From positions 4,410 to 68,409 of the forward strand of contig JALOTE010000011.1 of NCBI GenBank assembly GCA_025458045.1: a stretch of DNA of 64,000 nucleotides, written 5' to 3'. Under the pieces are notes generated by a model. The model was not told the origin of the DNA, ran no database searches, and saw nothing but the letters and a program-made list of their open reading frames with translations. Within the stretch, counting starts at the first letter, position 1; the number at the start of each line of letters is the position of its first letter. Below, one piece after another: positions 29,601 through 40,268 of the stretch. Position numbers and translations under genes: made by a program. The stretch comes from Rhizobiaceae bacterium (lineage in GTDB: Bacteria; Pseudomonadota; Alphaproteobacteria; Rhizobiales; Rhizobiaceae).

Positions 29601-30040
29601 CCGTGGCAGGCGAACCGCGCCTTGCGGCTTTGGTGACGGGGCGCGCGGAAGGTTCCGCCAGCCTGTCGGAGGCGACCGAGGCTGATATCGACCTGCGCCG
29701 GGTGGCGTTTGAATTGGCGCAGGGGGATTTGCGCGTTTCACGCGGGCGCATCGACATCCGTGAGGGCGTCATCCGCGGCGAGACCATCGGTGCCAGCGTG
29801 GAAGGCACGGTGATTGACGGTGAAGGCCGAATGAACCTGTCAGGCACCTTCATGCCGGCACGCGGATTGAACCGGATTGCCGGCTCCATCCCGATCCTAG
29901 GCATGCTGCTCGGATCCGGGACGCGTGACGGTCTGATCGGCATCACCTACCAGATCGTCGGAGAGGCCCGGAACCCGAAAGTGTTCGTCAATCCGCTGTC
30001 GATCATCACGCCCGGGATTTTCAGGCAGATTTTCGAGTGA
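26684..30040 (+). CDS. Large AsmA/YhdP-like (DUF3971-type) envelope protein
   Basis: This 1118-aa product has an N-terminal TM helix GAVLLAIVLLIVTVPMAVAWFVL and a long beta-rich body. Its C-terminus ...GLIGITYQIVGEARNPKVFVNPLSIITPGIFRQIFE resembles the conserved AsmA_2/YhdP end. The family assignment is from memory only. Confidence 0.6.
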   Translation: MTEPDQQPVRVRFKPGDVPALDAMPSAEATDRPTLPQRRQRHRRTAVQSGRAGRMGAVLLAIVLLIVTVPMAVAWFVLDPERLTPLAREQIKRLAGAGLTADLQQATLALDGPGLVSARLDGLTFAEQSTGRLVLSGGEVQFALSPLALVSGGDPVSAMSLSGATIDVSAMPHQDSALRLTGPDGLLDTQALRFLLLSSVDALSVRAAQLRGVTISLRQISLRMDGAHSIMIEDVALEPETGGHSLSGRIGFNGTSVVLSGRHVTGTDGATPALQLSLDGLTHARSFANDSRTGEPRACEGTGHLALAVTGTAVAYDAVITSASCMLGGLGRYAIGAALSGSLLESGIVEIASGRIDVNRSHFQFDGAVAPARLTAPDAASEPRYRFNMVVSEASLDPADNAEGPMRLTGKIDGSFDVAERRLALESIVTDTGAGLVDGAISVIFGDVAPALYVAVVSDEISVSNFKRLWPRFAAPLPRGWVVSNLHGGVARDVRLEVKIPPGQLGSGTPMDADELYGQADLLGVRFDTIGDIPPIRNADATVRFTGKTVAVNVSRGDVFLPSNRRAVLNGTAFTIDDLALRPVQAALQLDVEGDADAIAELAAARPVNALEGQQLTPASFSGTARATGVVRFPIARPSGQPIRPDYDISVELDDFSISAPVEGLVIQNTAGKVRAVPERFVVDLEGRFAGVPARLKLTEPRGGNGQRTQEFSATLDDALREKFAPALAEAVRGPVPVVVKGEAGAFILDADLTRARIRIPGINWEKGSGIASRVSMRVLREGTTLRLRDIALTGRSLRARGAVRIENGQFIAADLDNVRLNEGDDFSVSIDRQGNGYAVALSGNRIDARAMLRRMLPGPDAAAGGGGLARGMSINGRVGALVGFNDEVLRGAALSMEGASLALSGEFESGGSLRLSRVGGNGGTLALSTGNAGAALRFADLYRRMGGGAMTAEFVMGEGGRMSGPVAIRDFTVAGEPRLAALVTGRAEGSASLSEATEADIDLRRVAFELAQGDLRVSRGRIDIREGVIRGETIGASVEGTVIDGEGRMNLSGTFMPARGLNRIAGSIPILGMLLGSGTRDGLIGITYQIVGEARNPKVFVNPLSIITPGIFRQIFE

Positions 30041-30061
30041 TCGCCACCTGTCCCACGGAAG

Positions 30062-31312
30062 TCATTCTCGCACGAGAATGTGACGCTTGCGCCCAAGCGA
30101 CAGCTTGATCGCGCCATCGGCATTAATATCAGCAGAGGTCACCGCGCGACGCTCATCATTCACGGTCGCGTCATTGATCCGCACCGCTCCGCCCTGCACA
30201 TGACGGCGGGCTTCGCCGTTTGACGACGCCATACCGGCTTTCACAAGCAGAGCAAGTACGCCAATCCCTTCGCCTGCCAAGGCATCACCGACAAGGATCG
30301 TCGGCAGTGTTTCAGCGGCAGCCCCTTCCTCAAATGTCCGCCGCGCGGTCTCAAGCGCCTGTTCAGCGGCCGCACGGCCATGCAAGAGCGCCGTCGTTTC
30401 GGTCGCGAGGATCTTCTTGGCCTCGTTGATTTCCGCGCCCTGCAAGGCTTCCAGCCTGCGGATTTCGTCCAGCGGCATCACGGTGAAGCGGCGCATGAAG
30501 CGGCCGACATCGGCATCCTCGACGTTGCGCCAATACTGCCAGAAATCCCAAGGCGAGAACATGTCGGCATTGAGCCAGACCGCGCCATTGGCCGTCTTGC
30601 CCATCTTGTCGCCTGACGCGGTGGTGAGCAGCGGTGTTGTCAGCGCGTAGAGTTGGTGTGTCCCCATGCGGCGGCCAAGATCGACGCCATTGACAATGTT
30701 GCCCCATTGGTCGGAGCCGCCCATTTGCAGATTGCAGCCATGGTTCTTTGCCAGTTGCACGAAATCATAGCTCTGGCAGACCATGTAGTTGAACTCGATG
30801 AAACTCATCTCCTGTTCGCGTTCCAGCCGCAGACGCACCGAGTCCATGGTCAGCATCCGGTTGACCGAGAAATGCCGCCCGACATCGCGCAGCATCTCAA
30901 TATAGCCAAGCTTCAAGAGCCAGTCCGCATTGTCCACCATGATGGCGTCTGTCGCACCGCTGCCGAAGGCCAGAACCTTGGAGAACACGCCCTTGATCGA
31001 CGCCTTGTTGGCTTCGATCTCCTCAATTGTGCGCAAGGCGCGTGTCTCATCCTTGCCGGATGGATCGCCAACCATGGTGGTGCCGCCGCCCATCAGCGCG
31101 ATCGGCTTGTTGCCGGTCTGCTGCAACCAATGGAGCAGCATCATGGTCAGGTAATTGCCGATATGCAGCGAGCGGGCCGTGCAATCATAGCCGACATAGC
31201 CGACCAGTTGCCCCTTGGTGGCCAGCGCATCGATGCCTGCCATGTCCGAGGCTTGGTGGATGAAGCCTCGTTCGGACAGAATGTTCAAAAAATCGGACTT
31301 GAATGGAGGCAT
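30062..31312 (-). CDS. tyrS: Tyrosine--tRNA ligase
   Basis: The HIGH-type motif (SLHIGNY), the KMSKS-type motif (KMGKT) and a C-terminal S4-like domain are present. The ATG at 31312 gives [20 protein letters not shown]. Confidence 0.95.
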   Translation of the reverse strand: MPPFKSDFLNILSERGFIHQASDMAGIDALATKGQLVGYVGYDCTARSLHIGNYLTMMLLHWLQQTGNKPIALMGGGTTMVGDPSGKDETRALRTIEEIEANKASIKGVFSKVLAFGSGATDAIMVDNADWLLKLGYIEMLRDVGRHFSVNRMLTMDSVRLRLEREQEMSFIEFNYMVCQSYDFVQLAKNHGCNLQMGGSDQWGNIVNGVDLGRRMGTHQLYALTTPLLTTASGDKMGKTANGAVWLNADMFSPWDFWQYWRNVEDADVGRFMRRFTVMPLDEIRRLEALQGAEINEAKKILATETTALLHGRAAAEQALETARRTFEEGAAAETLPTILVGDALAGEGIGVLALLVKAGMASSNGEARRHVQGGAVRINDATVNDERRAVTSADINADGAIKLSLGRKRHILVRE

Positions 31313-31417
31313 GATAACGTTCACGTAAGGCTCGGGGTCTGGTCGTCCGCGCGCCTAACACGGGGCTGGCGCGCATCTCAAGTCAGCTTCCCGCCTGCAA
31401 GCCGAAATGGAGCACCG

Positions 31418-32529
31418 TTGGCCAAACGCATTTTCACAGCGCTGGGCTTGATGAGCGGAACCTCGATGGATGGCATCGATGTGGCGGTATTGCGCACCGA
31501 TGGCGAGAACCGGACTGTGCGTGTTGGGAACCACGCGGTCGCCTATGATGCGGCCTTCCGGCGTCGGTTGGAAATGGCGTTGGAGACAGCGCAGGCCATC
31601 AATGACCGGTCCGAGCGGCCGGGTGACCTTCCGGAGTTGGAACGTGCGATCACGGCGCGCCACGCGGAAGCCGTTCGGGACGCGCTGATCAGGCTCGCGC
31701 CCGGGCATGTCGATATCATCGGCTTCCATGGCCAGACCGTGCTGCACCGTCCTGCGCAGGGGCTGACGGTCCAACTTGGCGACGGACGGATGCTCGCGGA
31801 GTTGACCGGGACATGCGCGCCAATGACGTGGCGCATGGCGGGCAGGGCGCGCCGCTGGTTCCGGCCTATCACGCGGCACTGGCGAGGGCGCAGCTTGGAC
31901 GGCGCAAGCCCAAAGCCATCGCTTTCGTCAACATTGGCGGCATTGCCAACATTACCCATGTCAGCCCGGATGGCGGCATCACGGCCTTCGACACAGGTCC
32001 GGGCAACGCCCTCATCGACCGGTTTGTGCAAATGAAGGCGGGCGTGCCCTATGATGCCGGCGGCGCGATCGGTTCGGAGGGTGTGGTCAACCCATCTGTG
32101 TTGCACGCTTACCTTGCCGACCCGTTCCTGAAACGCGGGGTGCCGAAGTCGCTCGATCGGCTAGATTTCGGGCTGGAACCGGCGCTGGACCTCGAACTGG
32201 CCGATGGCGCGCGCACGCTGGCGGCGGTGACGGCGCACACCATTCACGCCGCGACGGCCCATCTGCCCGAGAAACCATCGCGCTGGATCCTGTGCGGTGG
32301 AGGACGCAAGAACATCAACATTGTCAATGCGCTGCGCGAACTTGCACAGCGTGACGGCGCAGCCGTGGACGCATCGGAGGACCTCGGTCTCAATGGCGAC
32401 GCCATGGAGGCGGAGGCCTGGGCCTATCTGGCCGTCCGCTCGCTGCGCGGATTGCCGCTCAGCTATCCGGCGACAACCGGCGTCAGCGAGCCGGTGACAG
32501 GTGGGGTATTGGCCAAACCGGGAGGGTGA
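31418..32529 (+). pseudogene. anmK: Anhydro-N-acetylmuramic acid kinase, split over two reading frames near 31810
   Basis: The N-terminal part starts at TTG 31418 after GGAG and reads (M)[24 protein letters not shown]...[11 protein letters not shown]...[14 protein letters not shown]. The C-terminal part is in the -1 frame from about 31810 and reads [21 protein letters not shown]...[11 protein letters not shown]...CGGGRKN...MEAEAWAYLA. The two frames abut with a 1-nt overlap, and the ~5 residues normally between the blocks are absent. Confidence 0.75.
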
Positions 32530-32546
32530 GCTTTCGACCGCGTGGC

Positions 32547-33221
32547 TCAGCGCAGACGCTTGGGCCTGTCCACGGTCAGTTCGCCGCGCATGCGCGCGTC
32601 GACATAGTCTGCGCAAGTTTCGAGCAGTTCCTCTTCCTTGCCGGCAAAGAAGTGGTTGGCTCCCGCAATCGTGTGCTGCGAGATCAGGATGCCCTTCTGC
32701 TGGCGAAGTTTCTCCACCAGATTGTTGACATCCTTGGCCGGCGCGACCTTGTCATCTGATCCGTTGATGATGAGTCCCGAAGACGGGCAGGGTGCAAGGA
32801 ACGAGAAGTCATACATGTTCGGCTGCGGCGCGATCGACAGGAAGCCTTCGATCTCGGGCCTGCGCATCAGCAATTGCATGCCGATCCATGCGCCGAATGA
32901 GTAGCCGGCCACCCAGAAACTCTTGGAATCGCTGTGGATCGACTGGATCCAGTCGAGTGCAGCAGCAGCATCCGACAATTCGCCGACGCCATGGTCGAAC
33001 TCGCCCTGGCTGCGGCCGATACCGCGGAAATTGAAGCGCAGCGTGGTGAATCCGCGCTTCTGGAACATGTAGAACAGGTCATAGACGATCTTGTTGTTCA
33101 TCGTTCCGCCGAAGCGCGGATGCGGATGCAGGATCATCGCGATGGGTGCGCCGGATTCCTTCGAGGGCTGGTAACGGCCTTCAAGGCGGCCCTCGGGGCC
33201 GGCGAACACTACCTCTGGCAT
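32547..33221 (-). CDS. Alpha/beta hydrolase (COG2945-like)
   Basis: MPEVVFAGPEGRLEGRY...ILHPHPRFGGTMNNK...FNFRGIGRSQG is present, with the nucleophile elbow AGYSFG. Confidence 0.8.
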   Translation of the reverse strand: MPEVVFAGPEGRLEGRYQPSKESGAPIAMILHPHPRFGGTMNNKIVYDLFYMFQKRGFTTLRFNFRGIGRSQGEFDHGVGELSDAAAALDWIQSIHSDSKSFWVAGYSFGAWIGMQLLMRRPEIEGFLSIAPQPNMYDFSFLAPCPSSGLIINGSDDKVAPAKDVNNLVEKLRQQKGILISQHTIAGANHFFAGKEEELLETCADYVDARMRGELTVDRPKRLR

Positions 33222-33399
33222 CACAATCCCCTCGCGTGCCACACGCACGCCACCTTGCCCATTCGGCCCGCCGCGCCTAGGTCAGCGGACGACAAGCCGG
33301 GCAGCAGGCGACATAAAGCGCCGCAAGCGTCAATTCAAGGAAAACACGCTTGCCCGCTGCCGGACCAAAAAACATGCAATCCAAACAGGGCTGAAAGCT

Positions 33400-34548
33400 T
33401 TGGCACAGCGCGTCTATCTGGACTTCAATGCGAGCGCACCGCTGATCAGCGATGCGCGCGCCGCCATGCTTGCGCTGCTCGACTTGCCGGGGAATGCCTC
33501 ATCGGTGCACCGCGAGGGCAACGCGCAAAAGCGCGCCATCGCCGACGCCCGGCGCGCCGTGGCCGGTCTTGTCAAAGGCAAACCGGGCAATGTGGTGTTC
33601 ACTTCAGGGGCAACCGAAGCCGCGGCCATGCTGCTGACGCCTGAATGGACCGTGGGCCGCGCGCCCATTGCCTTCGACACGCTGTTGGCAGGCGCAACCG
33701 AACATCCTTGCATTGCGGCAGGCGGGCGCTTTCAGGGACACGGCCTCGCCGTCGTGCCGGTGGATCACCGAGGGCTGATCCGGCAGGATGCGCTTGATGC
33801 ATTGCTTGCGCAGGGTGCGGCAACCGGAAGGCGCCCGCTTGTGGCAATCCAGATCGCCAACAATGAAACAGGCGTCATCCAGGACATCGCACCCATTGCA
33901 GGGCGCGTCCATGCGGCGGGCGGCTTCCTGATCGCCGACGCGTCACAGGCGGCTGGCCGCATTCCACTCGACGTGGAAGCCCTTGGCGCGGATGCGCTGA
34001 TCCTTTCGGCGCACAAGATGGGCGGGCCCAAAGGGGCCGGGGCCATTGTGTTTGCAGGCGAGATCATGCGGCCGCGCCCGTTATTGAACGGCGGCGGACA
34101 GGAACAAGGGTTCCGTGCAGGCACCGAAAATGCGCCGGCAATCGCCGGATTTGGCGCGGCGGCGCGTGCCGCACTCGACACCGTCCAGCATCGAAATTCG
34201 ATACGCGCTCTTCGCGACAGCTTTGAGCAGGCTCTGTTGAACGCCATGCCGGGCGTGACGATCCACGGCGCGGATGCCGCGCGGCTCGACAACACCAGCT
34301 TCTTTTCCATCGTCGGCCGCAAGGCCGAAACGTTGATGATCGGGCTTGATCTTGCGGGCATCGCTGTGTCCTCCGGTTCGGCGTGTTCGTCCGGCAAGGT
34401 CGGCCGCAGCGCCGTGTTGGAGGCAATGGGGTGGGCGGCGGCGGAAGGCGCCATCCGTGTCTCGTTCGGGCCGCACAACACGCACTCCGATGTCGACCGG
34501 TTGCTGGCCGCGCTCACGACACCCGGTGCGCGCGCCGGCAATGGCTGA
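33400..34548 (+). CDS. Cysteine desulfurase family protein (NifS/IscS-like, class V aminotransferase)
   Basis: The PLP-lysine motif SAHKMGGPKGAGA and the catalytic-cysteine loop SSGSACSSG are present. The apparent start is TTG at 33400. Confidence 0.88.
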   Translation: MAQRVYLDFNASAPLISDARAAMLALLDLPGNASSVHREGNAQKRAIADARRAVAGLVKGKPGNVVFTSGATEAAAMLLTPEWTVGRAPIAFDTLLAGATEHPCIAAGGRFQGHGLAVVPVDHRGLIRQDALDALLAQGAATGRRPLVAIQIANNETGVIQDIAPIAGRVHAAGGFLIADASQAAGRIPLDVEALGADALILSAHKMGGPKGAGAIVFAGEIMRPRPLLNGGGQEQGFRAGTENAPAIAGFGAAARAALDTVQHRNSIRALRDSFEQALLNAMPGVTIHGADAARLDNTSFFSIVGRKAETLMIGLDLAGIAVSSGSACSSGKVGRSAVLEAMGWAAAEGAIRVSFGPHNTHSDVDRLLAALTTPGARAGNG

Positions 34549-34568
34549 GACGCGGACAATTTCCACCT

Positions 34569-34585
34569 TTTAGAACAATTAAAAA
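34569..34585. promoter_or_regulatory. Irr-box (ICE)-like motif upstream of sufB
   Basis: TTTAGAA-CAA-TTAAAAA matches the remembered consensus TTTAGAA-N3-TTCTAAA at 12 of 14 positions. It sits in an AT-rich spacer 85 nt before the sufB ATG. Confidence 0.4.
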
Positions 34586-34669
34586 CTGGAAATCCGCTTG
34601 CGTCTGCGCTACGTAAAGTGGACTGAAAAATGCAGCTTTAATTTTGACGAGCGGAAACGGGGTCGCGCC

Positions 34670-36195
<1,526 letters not shown>

Positions 36196-36196
<1 letters not shown>

Positions 36197-36429
36197 TGAA
36201 GGATCCTATCCAGATGTCGAAAACATACTGGCCGTTGGCGTTTTGTGGGACACAGACCCGCATCGACGTCGACGTAACGAAATCTGAGTTTTCTTTTCTC
36301 GTAGGTTCTTTGGAGATTGCCTCAGTTGTCCGTATGAACTCACATTGGCGGCTTTTTTGCTTGTTGCCGGGGTCAATGGCAAGGCTTGGCAGGAAGATGT
36401 CACAGAGAAAGAATTGGTGGAGCGCTTGA
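36196..36429 (+). CDS. Hypothetical small ORF (77 aa) in the low-GC insert; possibly a decayed gene
   Basis: The ATG overlaps the sufB stop (TGATG). Third-position GC is low and I recognise no family. A second frame, open from 36288 to 36506, encodes a protein-like tail ...VNGKAWQEDVTEKELVERLKVFLEAALMETYRSQGKFRSLGYLA, so this may be a frameshifted ~100-aa gene. Confidence 0.3.
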
Positions 36430-36521
36430 AAGTATTTCTTGAAGCGGCGTTGATGGAGACTTATCGAAGCCAAGGGAAATTTAGGTCGCTTGGCTATTTG
36501 GCTTAGAGGAAGCGTCGTCTA

Positions 36522-36749
36522 ATGAACGAGAAGGTGGAAAATCTCATTCTAGAACATCTCCGGGCCATGCGCGGCGACATCAGCAAGGTGCGCGACGACA
36601 TTTCTACGTTGAAAGCTGAGATGATTTCGTTGCGGCAGCATGTTGGAAGCATCGCAACTCTCCAACAGCATGATCACGGCGATCTTGGTGCAATCAAAGA
36701 TCGCATGGATCGCATCGAGCGCCGCTTGGAGTTAAGTGACAATGGCTGA
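36522..36749 (+). CDS. Hypothetical 75-aa coiled-coil protein
   Basis: GAGGAAG lies 8 nt upstream of the ATG. The product MNEKVENLILEHLRAMRGDISKVRDDISTLKAEMISLRQHVGSIATLQQHDHGDLGAIKDRMDRIERRLELSDNG has heptad-like spacing of hydrophobic residues. I recognise no family. Confidence 0.5.
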   Translation: MNEKVENLILEHLRAMRGDISKVRDDISTLKAEMISLRQHVGSIATLQQHDHGDLGAIKDRMDRIERRLELSDNG

Positions 36750-36942
36750 CCACGGCGCCTCGCCCGAACTCGACAAGCTGCGCCGCCGCTACGCTGACCT
36801 TGGTGCGGCGATTGACGGGTTGGTCGGCCGGGTGGCGGCATCGTCGAGCACGACTGAGGCCGTTCTGTCGGCTGAATTGGGCCGTGCGCGCAAGGAGTTG
36901 GCGTCGATTGCACGGCGTCTGAAAGATTTGAGCGGCGAGTGA
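36742..36942 (+). CDS. Hypothetical 66-aa coiled-coil protein
   Basis: Its ATG overlaps the stop of the preceding ORF (ATGGCTGA, 8-nt overlap). The product is MADHGASPELDKLRRRYADLGAAIDGLVGRVAASSSTTEAVLSAELGRARKELASIARRLKDLSGE, with host-like high third-position GC. An in-frame GTG at 36736 is an alternative start. Confidence 0.45.
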   Translation: MADHGASPELDKLRRRYADLGAAIDGLVGRVAASSSTTEAVLSAELGRARKELASIARRLKDLSGE

Positions 36943-36974
36943 GCCGCGACAACGGATGAAACGGGAAAACGCCC

Positions 36975-37730
36975 ATGCTTGAGATCAGGAACCTGCACGC
37001 CCGCATCGCCGAGGATGGCACCGAAATCATCCGCGGGCTCGACCTGCACGTGAAACCGGGCGAAGTGGCGGCCATCATGGGGCCGAACGGCTCCGGCAAA
37101 TCGACATTGTCCTACATCATCGCCGGGCGCGACGATTATGAAGTCACCGAGGGTGACATCCTTTGGAACGGCGAGAGCATCCTTGAGATGGATGTGGCAG
37201 AGCGCGCCGCGTCCGGCATCTTCCTCGCCTTCCAATATCCGATGGAAATTCCGGGCGTCGCGACGATGGAGTTTCTCAAGGTGTCAATGAATGCCCAGCG
37301 CAAGGCGCGCGGGCTCGACCCGATGAAGACGCCGGATTTCATCCGGGTGGTGAAAGAGAACGCGGCCAAGCTGAACATTTCGATGGACATGCTGAAACGG
37401 CCCTTGAATGTCGGCTTTTCGGGCGGTGAGAAAAAGCGCGCCGAAATTCTGCAGATGCAGCTTTTGCAACCGCTGATGGCTGTGATGGACGAGACCGACT
37501 CCGGCCTCGACATTGACGCGCTGAAAGTCGTCGCTGACGGCGTCAACGCCCTGCGCGGTCCTGACCGCGCCTTCCTCGTCATCACCCATTATCAGCGGCT
37601 GCTCGACTACATCGTGCCCGACACGGTGCATGTGCTCTACAAAGGCCGCATCATTCATTCCGGCACCAGGGAACTCGCCTTGCATCTGGAAGAGAATGGC
37701 TACGCCGACATCATTGCAAAAGCCGCTTGA
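36975..37730 (+). CDS. sufC: Fe-S cluster assembly ATPase SufC
   Basis: MLEIRNLHARI...MGPNGSGKSTL (Walker A), FSGGEKKR (signature) and MDETDSGLD (Walker B) are present. Confidence 0.97.
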   Translation: MLEIRNLHARIAEDGTEIIRGLDLHVKPGEVAAIMGPNGSGKSTLSYIIAGRDDYEVTEGDILWNGESILEMDVAERAASGIFLAFQYPMEIPGVATMEFLKVSMNAQRKARGLDPMKTPDFIRVVKENAAKLNISMDMLKRPLNVGFSGGEKKRAEILQMQLLQPLMAVMDETDSGLDIDALKVVADGVNALRGPDRAFLVITHYQRLLDYIVPDTVHVLYKGRIIHSGTRELALHLEENGYADIIAKAA

Positions 37731-37751
37731 CGGCGGGGCAGGGAGGTTTCG

Positions 37752-39023
37752 ATGAACATGCATGTTCCCCGCATCCATACCGCCGGTGAAAAGGCGCTGA
37801 TCGCCGCAATCGAAGCTGCGCGTGCGACGCTGCCGGGCAATGGCGATGTGATGCAGCGCCGTGACGAGGCGGCGGGGCTTCTGCGCGCCGCGGGCCTTCC
37901 GTCGCGCAAGGTTGAGGCCTGGCACTATACGGATTTGCGCAATCTGCTGCGCGGCATTCCCGTCGGTGCTGGTGCTGGTGCTGGTGCAGGGGCATCCGAA
38001 GCCCTGATTGACGGCGCGCTGATGCTGCGTGCGGGCGATGATGGCGTCGGCCGGTTGGATGATGTGGCCGACATGCCGGAAGGCGTTGCGGTCGCATCCA
38101 TGGCGTCCGCTTTTGCGTCGGGCGCAGCCGCGCCCTTGCTGGCTGTCGCTTCGGACCATGACGCGGTCGGCATGGTGTCTGCGGCCATGGCATCGACAGG
38201 CTTCGAGGTTTTAGTCGCCGCCGGGGCGCAGGTCGCCCGGCCCATCCAACTCGATTTTGCCGCCTCGGCGGCTTTGCATGCCGTGAACCGGATCAACATC
38301 GGTGCAGGTGCAAAGGCCATGCTGATCGAGCGCGCCCATGGTGGCGGCATGTCCTCGCTGGTCACATGGTTGAGCGTCGCAGACGGTGCCGATGTCACTT
38401 TCGTGCTGCTGCAGGATGCCGCCGATGATGCGCTGCATTTCGGCCGTCTGGTGATCGAAATCGGCGCGCAGGCGAAGGTGTTGCTGCTGGCGGTGAATTC
38501 CGGTGGCGGGTTGGTGCGCCGCGAGATCGACGTGGCAGTGAATGGTGAACACAGCGATTTCAAGCTGCGCGGCATGAACCTCCTGTCCGGCCGCCGCCAT
38601 GTCGATGTGACGATGGTGGTGCGTCACCGCGTCGAGCACACGACATCGACGGAACTTCTGCGCAATGTCGTCACCGGCGAGGGCCGGGGCGTGTTCCAGG
38701 GCCAGATTCGCGTTGCCGCCGAAGCGCAGAAAACCGATGCGCGGATGGCCTGCAACACGCTCCTTCTGTCCGATGAGGGTGAGTTCCTCGCCAAACCCGA
38801 GCTTGAGATCTTCGCTGACGATGTCGCCTGCGGCCATGGCGCCACGGTTGCAGAAATCAACCGCGACCATCTTTTTTATTTGATGGCGCGCGGCGTGCCG
38901 GAGGCAGAGGCAAAGGCGTTGCTTGTGCGCGCTTTCGTGTCCGAACTTCTGGATGATCTGGAAGATGAGGCGCTGCACGACGCGTTGAACGACGTGCTGT
39001 CCAGCTGGCTCGCAACACATTGA
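37752..39023 (+). CDS. sufD: Fe-S cluster assembly protein SufD
   Basis: It lies between sufC and sufS. The C-terminal beta-helix region ...ELEIFADDVACGHGATVAEINRDHLFYLMARG is typical of SufD. Confidence 0.9.
   Translation: MNMHVPRIHTAGEKALIAAIEAARATLPGNGDVMQRRDEAAGLLRAAGLPSRKVEAWHYTDLRNLLRGIPVGAGAGAGAGASEALIDGALMLRAGDDGVGRLDDVADMPEGVAVASMASAFASGAAAPLLAVASDHDAVGMVSAAMASTGFEVLVAAGAQVARPIQLDFAASAALHAVNRINIGAGAKAMLIERAHGGGMSSLVTWLSVADGADVTFVLLQDAADDALHFGRLVIEIGAQAKVLLLAVNSGGGLVRREIDVAVNGEHSDFKLRGMNLLSGRRHVDVTMVVRHRVEHTTSTELLRNVVTGEGRGVFQGQIRVAAEAQKTDARMACNTLLLSDEGEFLAKPELEIFADDVACGHGATVAEINRDHLFYLMARGVPEAEAKALLVRAFVSELLDDLEDEALHDALNDVLSSWLATH
37965..37988 (+). repeat. In-frame hexanucleotide microsatellite (GGTGCT)x3 + GGTGCA inside sufD
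   Basis: The direct read ggtgct ggtgct ggtgct ggtgca encodes GAGAGAGA. Confidence 0.9.
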
Positions 39024-39032
39024 GAGCCAAGC

Positions 39033-40268
39033 ATGACCATAGCTGCCAAGCCATTTGACGTCGAAGCTGTCCGCCGGGATTTCCCGATCCTCGCGCGCGA
39101 GGTGCATGGCAAGCCGCTCGTCTATCTCGACAATGCGGCTTCGGCACAGAAGCCGCAGGCGGTGATTGATGCGGAAGTCGGCGCATATTCGCACACTTAT
39201 GCCAATGTGCATCGCGGCCTGCACTTCCTGTCGAATGCCGCAACGGACGCCTATGAGGCGGCGCGCGAAAAGGTGCGCGTCTTCCTGAATGCGCCGTCAG
39301 TTGACGAGGTGATTTTCACCAAATCGGTGACCGAGGCGATCAACATTGTCGCCCATGGCTGGGCGCTCGCCAATCTTGGCGCAGGCGACGAAATCGTGCT
39401 CAGCCAGATGGAGCACCATTCCAACATCGTGCCGTGGCATTTTGCGCGTGAGCGCAATGGCGTGGTCATCCGGTGGATCGAGGTGAACGACCAGGGCTAT
39501 TTCACGCTTGAGGATTTCGAGCGCACGTTGACCCCGCGCACGAAACTAGTCTCGGTCACCCACATGTCGAACGTGCTCGGCACGGTGAACCCGGTCGCCG
39601 ATATGGCGCGCATCTGCCGCGAACGCGGCATCCTGTTCTTCGTCGATGGCGCGCAGGGCGCGGTGCATCTCGATGTCGACGTTCAGGCCATCGGCTGTGA
39701 CTTCTACGCCTTTACCGGCCACAAGCTCTACGGCCCTTCCGGCATCGGCGTGCTGTGGGGCCGCAAGGACCTGCTTGAAACCATGCGGCCCTTCATGGGT
39801 GGCGGCGAGATGATCCTCGAAGTGACCGAGGACACCGTTTCCTACAACCATCCGCCCCACCGTTTTGAAGCAGGCACCCCCCCCATCGTTCAGGCGATCG
39901 GGCTTGGTGCGGCCATCGACTATGTCAATGCCATCGGCCGCGCCGTCATCCACGCCCACGAGGCCGCGCTCGCACGCTATGCGCGGGAGCGTCTGACGGC
40001 GATCAATTCGCTGCGGATCATCGGCGATGCGCCGGGCAAGGGTGCCATTTTTTCGTTCGAGTTGCAGGGCATCCACGCCCATGACGTGTCGATGCTCATC
40101 GACCGATCAGGCGTGGCCGTGCGCGCGGGCACGCATTGCGCGCAGCCCTTGATGGCGCGCTATGGCGTCACATCCACCTGCCGCGCATCGTTCGCGCTGT
40201 ACAACACATTCGCCGAGGTCGATGCGCTGGCGCAGTCCCTTGAAAAGGCGCGGAGGTTCTTTGCATGA
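39033..40268 (+). CDS. sufS: Cysteine desulfurase SufS (group II)
   Basis: The PLP-lysine motif FTGHKLYGPSGIGVL and the catalytic cysteine RAGTHCAQPL are present. Confidence 0.95.
   Translation: MTIAAKPFDVEAVRRDFPILAREVHGKPLVYLDNAASAQKPQAVIDAEVGAYSHTYANVHRGLHFLSNAATDAYEAAREKVRVFLNAPSVDEVIFTKSVTEAINIVAHGWALANLGAGDEIVLSQMEHHSNIVPWHFARERNGVVIRWIEVNDQGYFTLEDFERTLTPRTKLVSVTHMSNVLGTVNPVADMARICRERGILFFVDGAQGAVHLDVDVQAIGCDFYAFTGHKLYGPSGIGVLWGRKDLLETMRPFMGGGEMILEVTEDTVSYNHPPHRFEAGTPPIVQAIGLGAAIDYVNAIGRAVIHAHEAALARYARERLTAINSLRIIGDAPGKGAIFSFELQGIHAHDVSMLIDRSGVAVRAGTHCAQPLMARYGVTSTCRASFALYNTFAEVDALAQSLEKARRFFA

Noticed and set aside
30653-31417. The 5' part of plus-strand ORF 30653..32035 (460 aa).
   Set aside because: This part is antisense to tyrS. 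AnmK homology begins only at about 31418, where a TTG preceded by GGAG provides a start.
31313-31417. Looked for a T-box or other leader structure upstream of tyrS.
   Set aside because: The 105-nt divergent spacer is too short and lacks T-box specifier and antiterminator sequences. T-boxes are also not expected in alphaproteobacteria.
38211-39224. A 337-aa minus-strand ORF.
   Set aside because: It is antisense to sufD and sufS, both of which carry clear family motifs.
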